A stretch of DNA of 64,000 bases from the NCBI RefSeq assembly GCF_018977255.1, contig NW_024704742.1:125118001-125182000 (forward strand). The letters are read 5' to 3'. Under the pieces are notes generated by a model. The model was not told the origin of the DNA. It saw only the letters and a program-made list of their open reading frames with translations, and did no database searches. Positions within the stretch are counted from its first letter, which is position 1. Each line of letters starts with the position of its first letter. A program made the translations under genes and the position numbers. Below are positions 1-11,551 of this stretch, in pieces. Origin of the DNA: Callorhinchus milii (taxonomy: Eukaryota).

Positions 1-1074
1 TGTATCCCATAATGTTATTTCCTAAAAGAAAACTATTTAATCTGTGTTTGAAAGAATCAACACTTCATTTGTTTCATTGTTGAAAGGTCTAATGATTACT
101 AAGCAGATAACCTGTACTACAGAAAACAATGAAATAGTATAAGAAGTTTTTAGATATGCCAGTTTATTATGCTTTTACATTACCCTTTCATTCATGTAAA
201 ACCCCACCACACCCACACATTCACATCGCTATTTTCCATTACTAGGATTAAATGACAAATTATGTTAAAAACATTCCAAAGCACCTGTTAATGAATGGTT
301 TCAGTTACGTCAAGTGATCCTTTTTCACACACACTGAAATAGGTCAAAATTGTAGTAAAGTCTATTTTCATATTATTGAAGATCCTTCAGTAACAGAAAA
401 TCCATTCAAGATTACACATTTGATTGTTAAGCTAAGTTTTTTTTAAGTACTGAACACTAAACAGTGCCAGTTTCTACTTTGATTCATGTGGATAAAATCA
501 AACAGAATTTAGGTCACGTTTATCTGATTGAATTGCAAATCAGCACCTTGTTCAAGAAGCATTCATATGGTGGGATATATTTGCATTGTAAGCTTTGTTT
601 GTACAGTCAGTCAATCCTCTGTATAACCACATTAGTCCTTGGTCTAAAACAAAATGCAACATATAATTGAGAGAATAACAATTCACCAGAATTGAAACCA
701 TTCGCCTTTCTAGGATGTTGTCGTTCAGAAGGGAAACAATTTAACCCACTCAATGAGTGACCTGAAATGAAACTGACGACCTTTTCTGCAATTTACACAG
801 GCCACATACAACATGTGAAGTACCCAACAATGTGTATACACATCTCCTAACCACTTTGCAAATGTAGCAAACAGCAGTTTCAAAAAGTGTCCTGTTCCTT
901 TGTTGCTTCCCTGTGTCAGCACTATGTAAATACAGAGGCTGGAGAACTGAAGTAAGATGAATTGGATTACACTGATCCAAATTTGATTTGCTTACACTGC
1001 ACGGAGCTGTATCCACAGCAATCTCTAGTTTTTTTTTAAATTTGATTCTCATTGTTGGATTATTTATACAATAA

Positions 1075-1715
1075 AATAATAATCCTTGCATTTGATAGAG
1101 CTCCTTTTCAAGTCAGGAGTATGTAGTGACTGTGTTTGTAAGAGATTGTGGCTGCCAATTTGTACCCGGTCTTTGACTCACTGCTTAAAGTGAAGGGCAC
1201 TACAAAAAATAAGTTGTTGTAGCAATGTCCCAGAAACAGCCATGAAGTGAATGACCAATCTATCTGGGGATTTGTTGGCCAGGACATCATGAAAAATTTC
1301 ATTCCCTTTTCAACTAGTGCTTTGGGTTCTTTAACATCCACCCGAACAGGCAGATAGCAACTCATTTTAATGTCTCATCCAAAGGACGACATGTCCATCC
1401 CACGCTTGTCGGACTCAAAAAAACAGATCTTTGTTTTGTACGTTTGTTTGATAGATAGTAGTTCCTCTTGTATTGATTGACAACTCCCATTGTGCAAGGA
1501 TCATTCCACCTAAGCACTCCGGGACACTACCCTATGTGAGGGACTCTATATAAATGCAAGTTGTTGTAATTGTTATGAGGGCTCAAATTCATGCTTGTTG
1601 AATGTCACACTGGAGCATCATAGTAGACAATCTGAGTTGGAAGTACAGTAGAGATCTTTGAACCTACAACCTCTGACTCACAGGTGAGAGTGATACCAAT
1701 TGAGCAGGCTGACAT
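1075..1715 (-). mobile_element. Deu-domain tRNA SINE (SacSINE1/AmnSINE-like), split by an insertion at ~1395-1570
   Basis: Tail aataatccttgcatttgat at ~1078; Deu-like block tctttaacatccacccgaacaggcaga..tctcatccaaagga at 1328-1386; tRNA-like head remnant ctctgactcacaggtgagagtgataccaattgagcaggctgac at ~1670-1713. Confidence 0.7.
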
Positions 1716-2324
1716 ACTTGAACGTAATTTTGTATATAAAGAGTATTTTAAGATGTAATTATAATTGAATTGAATCCAGCGCCTTGTACGTCCTCTCTAC
1801 ATGAAAGGCACTATACAAATGTAATTTGTTGTTGTTGAATTCTATTCTAGCCTTGATCCTAAAAAATCTATAAAGGAAGTTTTGAGTCAATTGTCCTAAG
1901 CCTGTTAATATCTCTTTATTGGAATTGAAGAAATTGGAAGAATAGTTTAGGTTATAGCAAGGCCAGCTTGTAACCTTTATTAGCCATTCACTGAGAAACC
2001 GATCTCCAGTATGTTTAGGAAATAGTCACAATAGATAGTATAGATAATGAGAAGTCATATGAGTTTCAAAGTGCCACATAAGAGACTTCTTTAGAAATGG
2101 TATATCCAGGTCTTTGTCTGATATGTCTGTTTGATTGATTGTAGATCCTCTTGTATTGATAGACAACTCCCAAGTCACAGGAAGTTCCTGGTACCTACCA
2201 TTCCACAGCTCAAACCCATGCTTGTCGGATGACAAATAACCAACTAATGGAAACTAGTTAACATGTTTGGCAACAGAATGTTGGAATCTAACAAACCCTC
2301 TTTGGCAGTCTCAGTAGTGGGATA

Positions 2325-2600
2325 GATCGATTTCAAGATCATCACACTTGTCTTCAAATCCCTTCACGCTATGGCACCTCCCTACCTCTCTGACCTGCTT
2401 ACTCCCAACCCAATTCCTGCTACCTCCACTCGACTGGCTCTGGCCTTCTGCTTGGCCCTCATGCCCTCCACTGTGCTTTCAGTCACTGCGCCGCAAAACT
2501 CTGGAACAGTCTTCCTCTATCATTCTGCCTTGACCCCTCCTTCCCCATCTTCAGGTTTCGGTGAAGACCTTCTTCTTCTACCGTGCCTACGTTCACCTAC
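2325..2600 (+). mobile_element. L2 LINE 3' fragment, degenerate
   Basis: gatcgatttcaagatc..ttcaaatcccttcac..ctcctacctctctgacctg matches the RIEFKIL..APSYLSDLL region of the other L2 copies in the window. Confidence 0.75.
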
Positions 2601-2699
2601 CCCTTATATAAATAAAAGTTGTTCTTATTGCAGTCCAGGCACTGAGCCAGATGGATCCATAGTATTCCAGAACACTACTGAAGACAGCACAGCCAGGCT

Positions 2700-2792
2700 G
2701 ACTTATTGGTAGGACTTGGAAGGGCAGACCAGTCACTGGGGGCAGGGACTCTTCCCACTCAACTCCAATTAACCCTACAAGCTAAAGCCCTA
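2700..2792 (+). repeat. Unclassified dispersed repeat R2, copy 1
   Basis: ggtaggacttggaagggcagacc..actgggggcagggactcttc..ctaaagccct aligns with the reverse complement of 19580-19670. Confidence 0.6.
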
Positions 2793-2860
2793 ACAGGCAG
2801 GGTAGCGAGGTCCTAGCTGGTACGCTTGCAAGCCAGCGCTTGCAATTGCAAGTTATGTGA

Positions 2861-3115
2861 TTTTAGTTGGTTCAACGCCAATTCACACTCTGGGGTCCCT
2901 AAGCCTTGGCACTTGGCAATCTGCCCCTAATCCTTTCTGGAAATAGATAAGCAGGATGCATCCTTCCAAGGAGAGAGTGTGCATTCCATTCCAATAAACA
3001 TCTCTGGAAATTCCATGTATGGTTGGCATACATGGAACTCTCATTTTTTTTTAATCTTCTTAGTTTTAAACATAGTGGTGGGTTTCTGCATGTGTCAGAT
3101 ACCCAGCTGACCCGA
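2861..3115 (-). repeat. Unclassified dispersed repeat R1, copy 1
   Basis: Reverse complement aligns by eye with 27275-27488 and 34005-34240 (ggaatggaatgyrcaytctc core). Confidence 0.7.
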
Positions 3116-3232
3116 TAGACATGACAGCAGATCCACAAGATCAATACTTGATTAAAAAAAGTCTCACCTAAGGGAAACAGGTATGCACTCCTCAAAATTA
3201 CAGCATAAAATTAAGCTATTTGGCTGATCATT

Positions 3233-3503
3233 TGTCAATCTGTCTCAGTTTGTAGTATTTTTGCTTCTGAGTCACAAGGTTATGGGTTCAAGCCGTGTGT
3301 CGAGACTTTGATCTTGCACAGTCTAGGCTGACACACTGATGTAGAGCAGTGCTACATTGTTGTCCTTCAATGAGGCATTAAATCGAGGTCCCGTTTACAA
3401 AACCTAAAGACACAGTTACTACATTTTACAGTAAATCCGTTGAAGCGCTTTGAGACAGCTTCCTGACATGAAAGGCACTATATCAAATGCAAGTATTATT
3501 ATT
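3233..3503 (+). mobile_element. Deu-domain SINE, internally deleted
   Basis: Head tctcagtttgtag..ctgagtcacaaggttatgggttcaagcc, Deu block ttaaatcgaggtcccgt, tail aagcgctttgagac..atcaaatgcaagtattatt. Confidence 0.7.
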
Positions 3504-4819
3504 GGAGTTCAGTAGAGCTGTGCACTGTCATTTCTGTTCCCTGCCCTTTGTTTCTTCTGCCTTTTTTACAGTGTTCTCTTTCAATCGATGGCTTATGCCT
3601 TCCAATATGTGCTCCCCTTAATACAGACTCCCCATGCTTTGTAACAAACCCCTTCCTCACCCTAGTTTCCCATCTGAACCCCTATACAATAAATGGTTGT
3701 TGCTTTGTTGCTTTAGCTATTCCAGCACTTAGCAAGCTTAAGTGCTGCTGGCAGACCCATTAGGTGGATGAAATGAACCAGTGCATTTCAGGTCCAGTTA
3801 TACCTTCTTGCAAAGTCAGTACCATTAATAATGATGGTCCAGGAACCCCTCCAATGTGACATGGTTTTATTATTGGGATAGAAACTCTTTCATTTCATTT
3901 GCAGCTTTCTATAAAACAGTGCAACTCCCACTTATATAATTTGATCTTTTCTACTGCCCACCCATTACTTCAGTCTTCTCATTGCTATCCACATCCACTC
4001 TCTCTCGCTCTCTTTCTCTTGAAACTGTGGGCAGCCAAATAGCTATTGTTACATTCAATTTTTTTTATGTTTACCCAAACCTGTACTGCTTCTGAAGTCT
4101 GCACTTTAGGTACAGTTCACAGCAGCCATGCTGAAATATTTCCTGAAGTACGTTACCCTGCGTTAAGTGTGCTATGTATCAGGGCTTGGGACACTCTTCC
4201 AATGTGAAAGGCGCTATATGTATGCAATTTGTTATTGTCATATAAATGCAAGCTGTTATTGTTGCAGGAATAGCCCACAAACAGCCATGAAGTGACAATC
4301 AATTTATCCATGCATCATTGGCCAGGACATCATGGGGAACACCCTGCATTTGAGTTGAACACTCTGTGGATGAATGATCTGTTTGAATTAGTGATTGACA
4401 AAAGGTAAACAGGAGAATAAGAGATCATTTGACAGCAATTTCACTCCAATGAGGTTTTTGACATTTAGACTAAAATATGGAAATATAAATAATAGTGATG
4501 AGGATCCTTGCATTTGATTTAGCATTTTTCCCATTCTGAGATCATCTCAAAATACTTCACAGGATTTCCATTGGTGTAGTGACTGCATTTTCTAGGCAAA
4601 GCTCATCTCGTCCATTAAAGAGGAGACAACTTAAAACGCCATTTCTCAAAATAATATGGTATGTATGAGCTGGCCTGCCTGAACCATTGGTTTTTTAGTT
4701 TAGGTTGTAACTTGGCAAATGCTGACACTTTTAAAAGAATACATCAACCTAGAAATGATTTTGATGCAACAGAATCCAATTTCCAGTATTTGCAAATGGG
4801 GTTTAATGTGCCAGCTGTG

Positions 4820-5058
4820 AACATTGGCCTGCTTCATGTCTCCTGCCCTGTCCTCCCCACCATCTCTGGGGACTCTCTCTCAGCATTGTTCCACCTCGCC
4901 CCCACCTCTAGCCCTATCCCAAAAATATCCATATTTGATGTGCTTTTGGTCATCTTTCTCCTCCCCCATCCCGAGCTAGAGTACCCAGTCAGTATTGCCT
5001 TTAACGCTTTGAGACATCCTCCCAATGTGAAAGGCAAGTGCAATTTGTGTTGTGTTGC
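4820..5058 (+). mobile_element. L2 3' end
   Basis: ggcctgcttcatgtctcc..; terminal cgctttgagacatcctcccaatgtgaaaggc + tgttgtgttg. Confidence 0.7.
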
Positions 5059-5732
5059 AAGGTCCAGGCTGTGAATGTGGGCAGACATTTAATATGTGAA
5101 ATTCACAAACTGGTGGAGAGCGAATTCGAAGGCTGGAGAGCTAAAGGAGATTTGCAAATCCAAATTCACGATGTAGAATTTAACAGATTGTGAAGAAATA
5201 ATCAGAGAAACAAACTTAATTTTGTTGAAGAGATAATTACAAGGGGTTATGGTTCAATTCTGTAAAATGATGAGCAGCACAAATAAACTAACTAGAAGCA
5301 GGTTATTCAATTTGGGACACAAATCATCATGGCCTTGAGTGTAATATTAACAAGCCTCAAGTGGAAACGGGAATTACAAGATTTTTCTCGCAGAGAGATT
5401 GTTGAATGCTGTCCTGGCAACAGCAGCAGTTAATGTTGCACCAATTCATTTCTTTGCAAAAAAGCTCAATATTTAACTGTTTAAAACAAAATTGAAGATG
5501 AAGATAAAGATGAGATCAATACTGCATTGTAGAACTCATCAATGGTCAAATTGGTTTTTAGCATATAGTAACTTTGTTATAAGATAGTCATGTGGGTGCA
5601 ATATCTCAGAGCTGCATTATAACAAAATGAGAAAAAATGGCCAATTTATCTGTTGTCAGAGAAAAATGACATCACACTCTGTGCCTTGTATCCTAAGTGC
5701 AGGAAGTGCCTCTTTGTACAAAGTGACACTAT

Positions 5733-5968
5733 AACAATAATAATAATCCTTGCATTTGATATAGCGCTTTTCACGTCTTCTCGACGTCTCAAAGCGCTTC
5801 ACAGAATATACTGTAAAGTGAATTGACTGTATATTTGTGAGCGATTGTGGCAGCCAATTGCGCACAGCAATGTCCCACAAACAGTCGTAGATTGAAAATG
5901 ACCAATTTATTATTGTTTTGTTTTTTGGAGGGATTATTATTAGGCGTGTGGAGTTTCCTAGGGGAGCT
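5733..5968 (-). mobile_element. tRNA-Ala/CORE-like SINE, 5'-truncated
   Basis: Close match to the full-length copy at 29318-29650; (AAT)n tail on the + strand. Confidence 0.85.
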
Positions 5969-5994
5969 TCCTGTACGTAGCAAGATTATGGATA

Positions 5995-6441
5995 TTAATA
6001 ATAAATAATAAACCTTGCATTTGATATAGCACCTTATCATGTCTCAAGGTGCTTCACAAGAATTACTGTAAAGTGTAGTAACTGTGTATTGTGGAGGAGA
6101 ACAATGCAGCCAATTTGTGCACAACAACATCCTACAGTTTTTTTTCAACGTCCCACAAACAGCCATGAGGTAATTGATCGATTTACCTGGGGGATTGTTG
6201 GCAAAGACACAAGGAGAAACTCTTTGACTTTTCGAATAGTGCCAATAGAATCCATCTGAATAGGCAGACAGAGTTGGTTTAATATCTCACCTGAAAGATG
6301 ACATCTCCAAAAATGCAGAACACCCCAGCACTGCATTGGAGTGTCGGCCTTGACTGTGAGTTCAAAGTCCTGATGTAAGGCTTGAACCCTCAACTTTCTG
6401 GCTCAGCAGCGAGAGTGCTAACAACTGAGCCAGGCTAACAC
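5995..6441 (-). mobile_element. Deu-domain tRNA SINE, near full length
   Basis: Tail at ~6000, Deu block 6240-6350, tRNA head (minus: gttagcctggctcagttgttagcactctc..gggttcaagcc) 6375-6441. Confidence 0.8.
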
Positions 6442-7180
6442 CTATTGAGGAAATAAAAATTAGGTAGATAGGTATTTGGGACATATGGATATTATGGCAT
6501 ATGTATTATGGGATAAGAGGTGAGAACTAAAAAAATAAAATTATGTAGCATCTCGGAGTGCTTAACAGTGCTGGAGCATGATGCTGAAGCAGGGAGAGAG
6601 ACCAGGTAACCAGGGAGGTGAGTGAAGAGGCACGGTTGAAGAGGAAGGTCTTCAGCAGAGCAAACTCGATGGGTTGAAGACCCTATTATCCCCATTGGGT
6701 GACTAACAGTTTTGATAATTGCTGAACATCTTATTGAATTTATTATTAAATGTTGCCTTTTCATTTATTTCTAAAGATTGGCTGTGTCACCGAACCCATC
6801 CCCTCCCCACTCCAATTTCAGTGTAAAGGTTTGCTCCAATTCTTGATTCCCAAAGGATCATCTTGTCCGCTACTTAGCATGCCCTAGTTTGTTTTCCAAA
6901 CCTGGGAACAGCATTTGAGTGCTACCTCACCGGATACTGACGGACAAGTCGATGTACTATTTTTAGCTGACTTCTATGATCAGGAACAGTGACAGTGCAC
7001 AAATCCTCGGGAACAATCATGCTGAGGACAGGGGAAATCATTCCCCTACCCTATCCTGCAATCGCTCAACTCCCGCCCACCCCCCATCCCTGGCATGACA
7101 AAGAACATTTTGTTTTATCGTTATTGCATAATTATCAAACTATTATGAAATGTTATATTTGTCACCTCTACGTTCTTAGT

Positions 7181-7440
7181 TAACAACAACACTTAATATA
7201 GCCCTTTACAGAGACAGTGCCAGACACCAAGTAGGGGGCAGGTTGGGTGGGGTGGTGCAGGGGGGAGGTGACCATAGGGACTGTTGAAAATGTGGTTGTT
7301 TAAGCAGCTTTTGAAAGCAAATAAGAGACGTGGCATGGTGGAGGGGTTGAGATAGGAAGTTCTAGAGGGTGGGGGCAGGGGCTTAGCAGCTGAGCACTGG
7401 GTGAAGCAGAGAGGACGATGGTGTGTGGAGACATACCTCT
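7181..7440 (-). mobile_element. L2 3' fragment
   Basis: aacaacaac tail followed by G-rich antisense 3' UTR and ORF2 C-terminus (FKSCLNNHIF-like). Confidence 0.65.
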
Positions 7441-7580
7441 TTGACAGCACTTTTGATCATCTTAACCCTCCTCATCCCCTTTGGCTCTCACCCCCAGATC
7501 AGGTGCCCAGCCAGTGGTGTCAAGTACTTTGAGATGTCCTCCCGACACGAAAGGTGCTATATAAATGTAAATTGTATCAA
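7441..7580 (+). mobile_element. L2 3' end
   Basis: ctttgac..; terminal tttgagatgtcctcccgacacgaaaggtgctatataaatg. Confidence 0.65.
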
Positions 7581-10500
7581 TTGGATTGCATTAATCATAA
7601 CATAACAATTTATCAAGCTAACACAGCAAGTCTGAGCTGGTCTCTGGACTTCAGAAAACTCTCATCTTTAAAACAAAAAGTAAATGCATATATATTGAAT
7701 CTATACAGGCATTAAACCTACAATTAATAAAAATTGGAAGTAGTTCTAATACCCCGCAGTCTTTTGGGGGGAAGTTCAGGTGCTACACTTTGAATCTGTC
7801 CTTTTGTTGACAAAAGGCCTTTAACATCAAACTCTTACTGAATGTTTATTCAATACTCAGCTTGGGTTTCCCCAAGAGCTGGGCTGTTTTGTTTTATAGG
7901 TTTCAACTAACACAGTTGATAGGCCCAGAACAAACTGGCTGACTGGCAAGCCTGCAGTGCAAGAGTGAGCTGTGTCGTGGGAGAGAGAGTTTTTGATAAG
8001 ACCAGAGAGGATAACGGCAAGGACCGTAATCCACTTGAATAAGCCAGACAAATCTCTGAATTCAATTTGAATGCTGAACTTGCTCTTCACCACAAATGCC
8101 TGTTTGTTTAATTGGAGGCCAATACCTGGTTGGACAACAATGCAGACAAAAGAAGCACCAATCTGGCATTTCTCAATTTTCAGTGGTATTGTTCTTGCAG
8201 TATAAATAGACTATGTTTGAACTAACATCCCTTTATTTGCAGACCTGGTTCTTCAAATACCCTTTCCTCTACCAAATAGTATACCCTATTATCAGAAATG
8301 AAGTGATTCACTTTATATAGGGATATAAATTGTAAACTGGTACCAGCTACTGACTCTATACTGTCTAGTCAGACATTAAAGGTAGTTGTGGCATTGTTTT
8401 TAACATACTAGAAGGAAGATTACAGGTCAACGTCATATAAAATGTTCATCCAAAATGCTTTTATTTCTGCAGATACTGATATCTGAGTTCTTTATACTTT
8501 TCATGTTATATGAGTAAATCAGATATCAAAACTAAATGAAAACAGCTTTATCTCGAAGGAGGCAAATTACTTCCTGTAGGGTTTGATGTGGTTAACCAGT
8601 GACAAAATGATGGCTTAATTGCTGGACAGTAATTTCTAACAAAGACAGTATTATTTGCTAACAAAACTACTAGTTAAATTTAACTGGAGACAGCAAATAT
8701 ATTTTCCAGGACCTTAAACACTGTAATTATTCCAACATTGTCCCAATTTGCACTATTCAGGAGCTTTATGAATGTCAGTGTAAGGATTTTAAATGCAGCA
8801 CCGGTTTGGAGGTTATACATGTGTCTGTGTGTGTCTTCATGTGCTTATGCACTTGGGAAGGGAAAAACTGGTGTCAATCTGAAAACCATCATTCAGTTTG
8901 AAAGTTGAACAGGTTTACAAACCAGCTTTAGCAATCAAATTTTGATTTAGGTTATTTTTTGAACCATTTTGTGCATTGAATATGCAGTATTTTCAAAACT
9001 CATAACCTGAGTACGATGTGTTCAAAGTGATAATTTAAAAGAGAACATGGATTTTCTTTTGTTCTTGCAGAACATAGGTCATTATCTTGTGTCATCCCAT
9101 TATCACACAACTTCCCCTGTAGGTTAAATAAATTACAGTAAAGAATCGCTTTTGTATTTGCTGTTACATTTGATCCTTTTTTGGAGTTCCTGAAAGGCTG
9201 GCTTTCACAAGCAGAATACTAAAGGTTATTTTTCCTGCAAATTCTGCTGTAGATCTTGGATCTGGCAACCATAAGCTGAGACTTCTTTATGACTGTGTAG
9301 CTAATAAAATTCCAGCAGGCCTCAATACAACGAAAGATCAGAGTATGCAATGTTTTATAGAGATGTCACACATGTAGTTAAAGCAGAATTGTTATTCTTA
9401 ATATTCACTCTTCACCTTGCATGTAGTAATTGCAATCTTGCAGAATTTCAGAACAGCTATGTAGGTGAAACATTTCTTTAATCCTAGAGCAATGTTTTTT
9501 TTGCGAGCTGTAGGGACATTATTAAATTACACCAATAAGTACATTGCTGTGAATGAAATGTAGCAAAAAAAGGGTTGTGTTTTAATATGAATACCTGTTT
9601 AACCCTCTGTAATTTTAGTATGAGGTTTTACAAGGAGTCTTCCTCTAAAAGGAGTCACTTGTGGTTTTATGACTTATTTTGTGACCTTTTCATGATCTTA
9701 CAACCTTGAGCAGGAGCATAGCCAATACAAACATGGCTGCAATAAAAGTGTGACATTGTGGTTTAGCTCGCTCTCCAAGCAAAGCTGCCTTGTTGCCGAG
9801 TCCAAATTTCCTTACAGTTAAAGCATGGATGAGATTTTGTTTTTAACCATTTAAAAAGCACATTCTGAAACAAATCCATTTCACTTTAATGTTACATACA
9901 TTTACAACCCCCCACAATTGTTTTTAAAATAGTAAAATGAGCCTTTGTATTTAGTATACATTTGTGAAATTGTTAATACATGTTTCATTAAATATAGTTC
10001 ATTTCCCAAAGTCGAAAACTTTATCTCCAAAATACACAGTCACAACACTGTACCTACTGTAAATCCTGTGAAACACTTTAAGATATCCTCCCAATGTGAA
10101 CTGTGCTATATCAAATGTATGGAATATCATTATTATTAATAATGACTTCTGTGTTCCTTGAATCTTTCAATGTAATTTTTTCAGTGTCGGTCCATTAGAG
10201 TGTGAACAAGATATGAGAAAGTGATGTAGAGAATGTAGAGGCACAAAGCATTTATCAATACATATGTTTCTTAGCATGCAGAGATTGCCGAGAGATATAA
10301 ACAAAGCTTATCTTCTGCTTTCACTTTGAAAGGTGCAGACTTATGACGCTGCCTTGCAAGCAACTGAAGTATCCTTTTGCCTATCTGGCCCATAAAAGTG
10401 AGACTTGGTTTGCTTTGCATGAGAACAAATCAATAAAAGTTAAGTTACAGCCAGGGAGGGCATCCTTCTTGAGAGATCAAAGATGCTAAAAATGAGTTAT

Positions 10501-10989
10501 ATAGCTTCCAGAAAAAGATCAAACTCCCTGGTTGCTGGGTATTTATACCATTCATGTGGTCTGATGAGTGGTGTTTTATGGACCAGGGGGTATTATTCCT
10601 GTTGGTCATGTGGTTCTGTTAAACCCTGTTCACAAGTAAGCACCCAAAAGAATGAATCACAATTAATAACAGCCTACAATTTTAATACTAGAAATGCAAC
10701 TTGTGAGGTAAACTGTGGACAGTGAGCTGCCTTTTTCCCTATTTTGTTTACTGTGACGTAGCCATATACTAACCTGCAATGTGATACCATATTTATGGCA
10801 TTACATTTATACATCCAGTGCATTATTCAAATAATCCATATAGTGGATAATAAGCCCTTCAAACTCACCCAAAGCTAATCCAAGCAAACACTCATAAAAT
10901 GAATGGAATTATCCTTTGCAGAGAACAGTATTCCTAGCCTGTATCAGTCACTATACTCCAAAATAAAAGTAGATCAACCAGCATGAGAA

Positions 10990-11535
10990 GAATAACAGCA
11001 ATTTACATTTATATAATGCCTTTGACACCGAGAAGATGTCTCAAAACACATTACACAGATCACTGGGAGCCCAAGCTAGGGGAGGTGGGGGGAACACTGA
11101 GGAAGGGAGGGGAATGGTGACTGGGTTGAAGAGATGGATGTTAAGGTGGATATTGAAGATGGGAATTGAGGGACAAAGTGGATCTCCAGAGAGTGAGGAC
11201 AAAAGTATCTGGTAGTTCACCCACTGTTGGTGAGGTGGAACAAGTAGGGGATGTGAAGTAAGCTGTGTTCAGCGCCTTGGGACGTCCTCCCGACGTGAAA
11301 GGCACTCTATAAATGGAATCTTGTTGTTGTTGTTGTGTTGGCTGAGTGGAGTGAGTGGCCTGGCAGAAGGTTCACAGAGGCCACAGAGGTAGGGTGGGGT
11401 GAGGCTTTTGAGTATGAGAATGAGAATCTTGAATTTGATGTGCTTAGAGATGAAGAGCCAGTGGAACCAAGTGAGGATGGGCTCATGGAGCCAGGTGCAG
11501 GAGAGGACTCAGGCTGCAGAGTTCTGGATTGTCTA
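10990..11535 (-). mobile_element. Older L2 3' fragment, interrupted by a tail-only insertion at ~11268-11337
   Basis: Tail atttacatttatataatgcc at ~11001; antisense ORF2 motifs (gagaatcttgaatttga = FKIL, gagccagtgga = HWL). Confidence 0.7.
11268..11337 (+). mobile_element. L2 tail-only insertion (stem-loop + (TTG)n)
   Basis: agcgccttgggacgtcctcccgacgtgaaaggcact..ttgttgttgttgttg. Confidence 0.85.
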
Positions 11536-11551
11536 TAGCTTGCATAGGGGG

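Noticed and set aside
7900..7964. Plus-strand exon candidate VSTNTVDRPRTNWLTGKPAVQ
   Set aside because: The donor is only moderate (AGA|gtgagc), the peptide is unrecognised, and such sites are common by chance.
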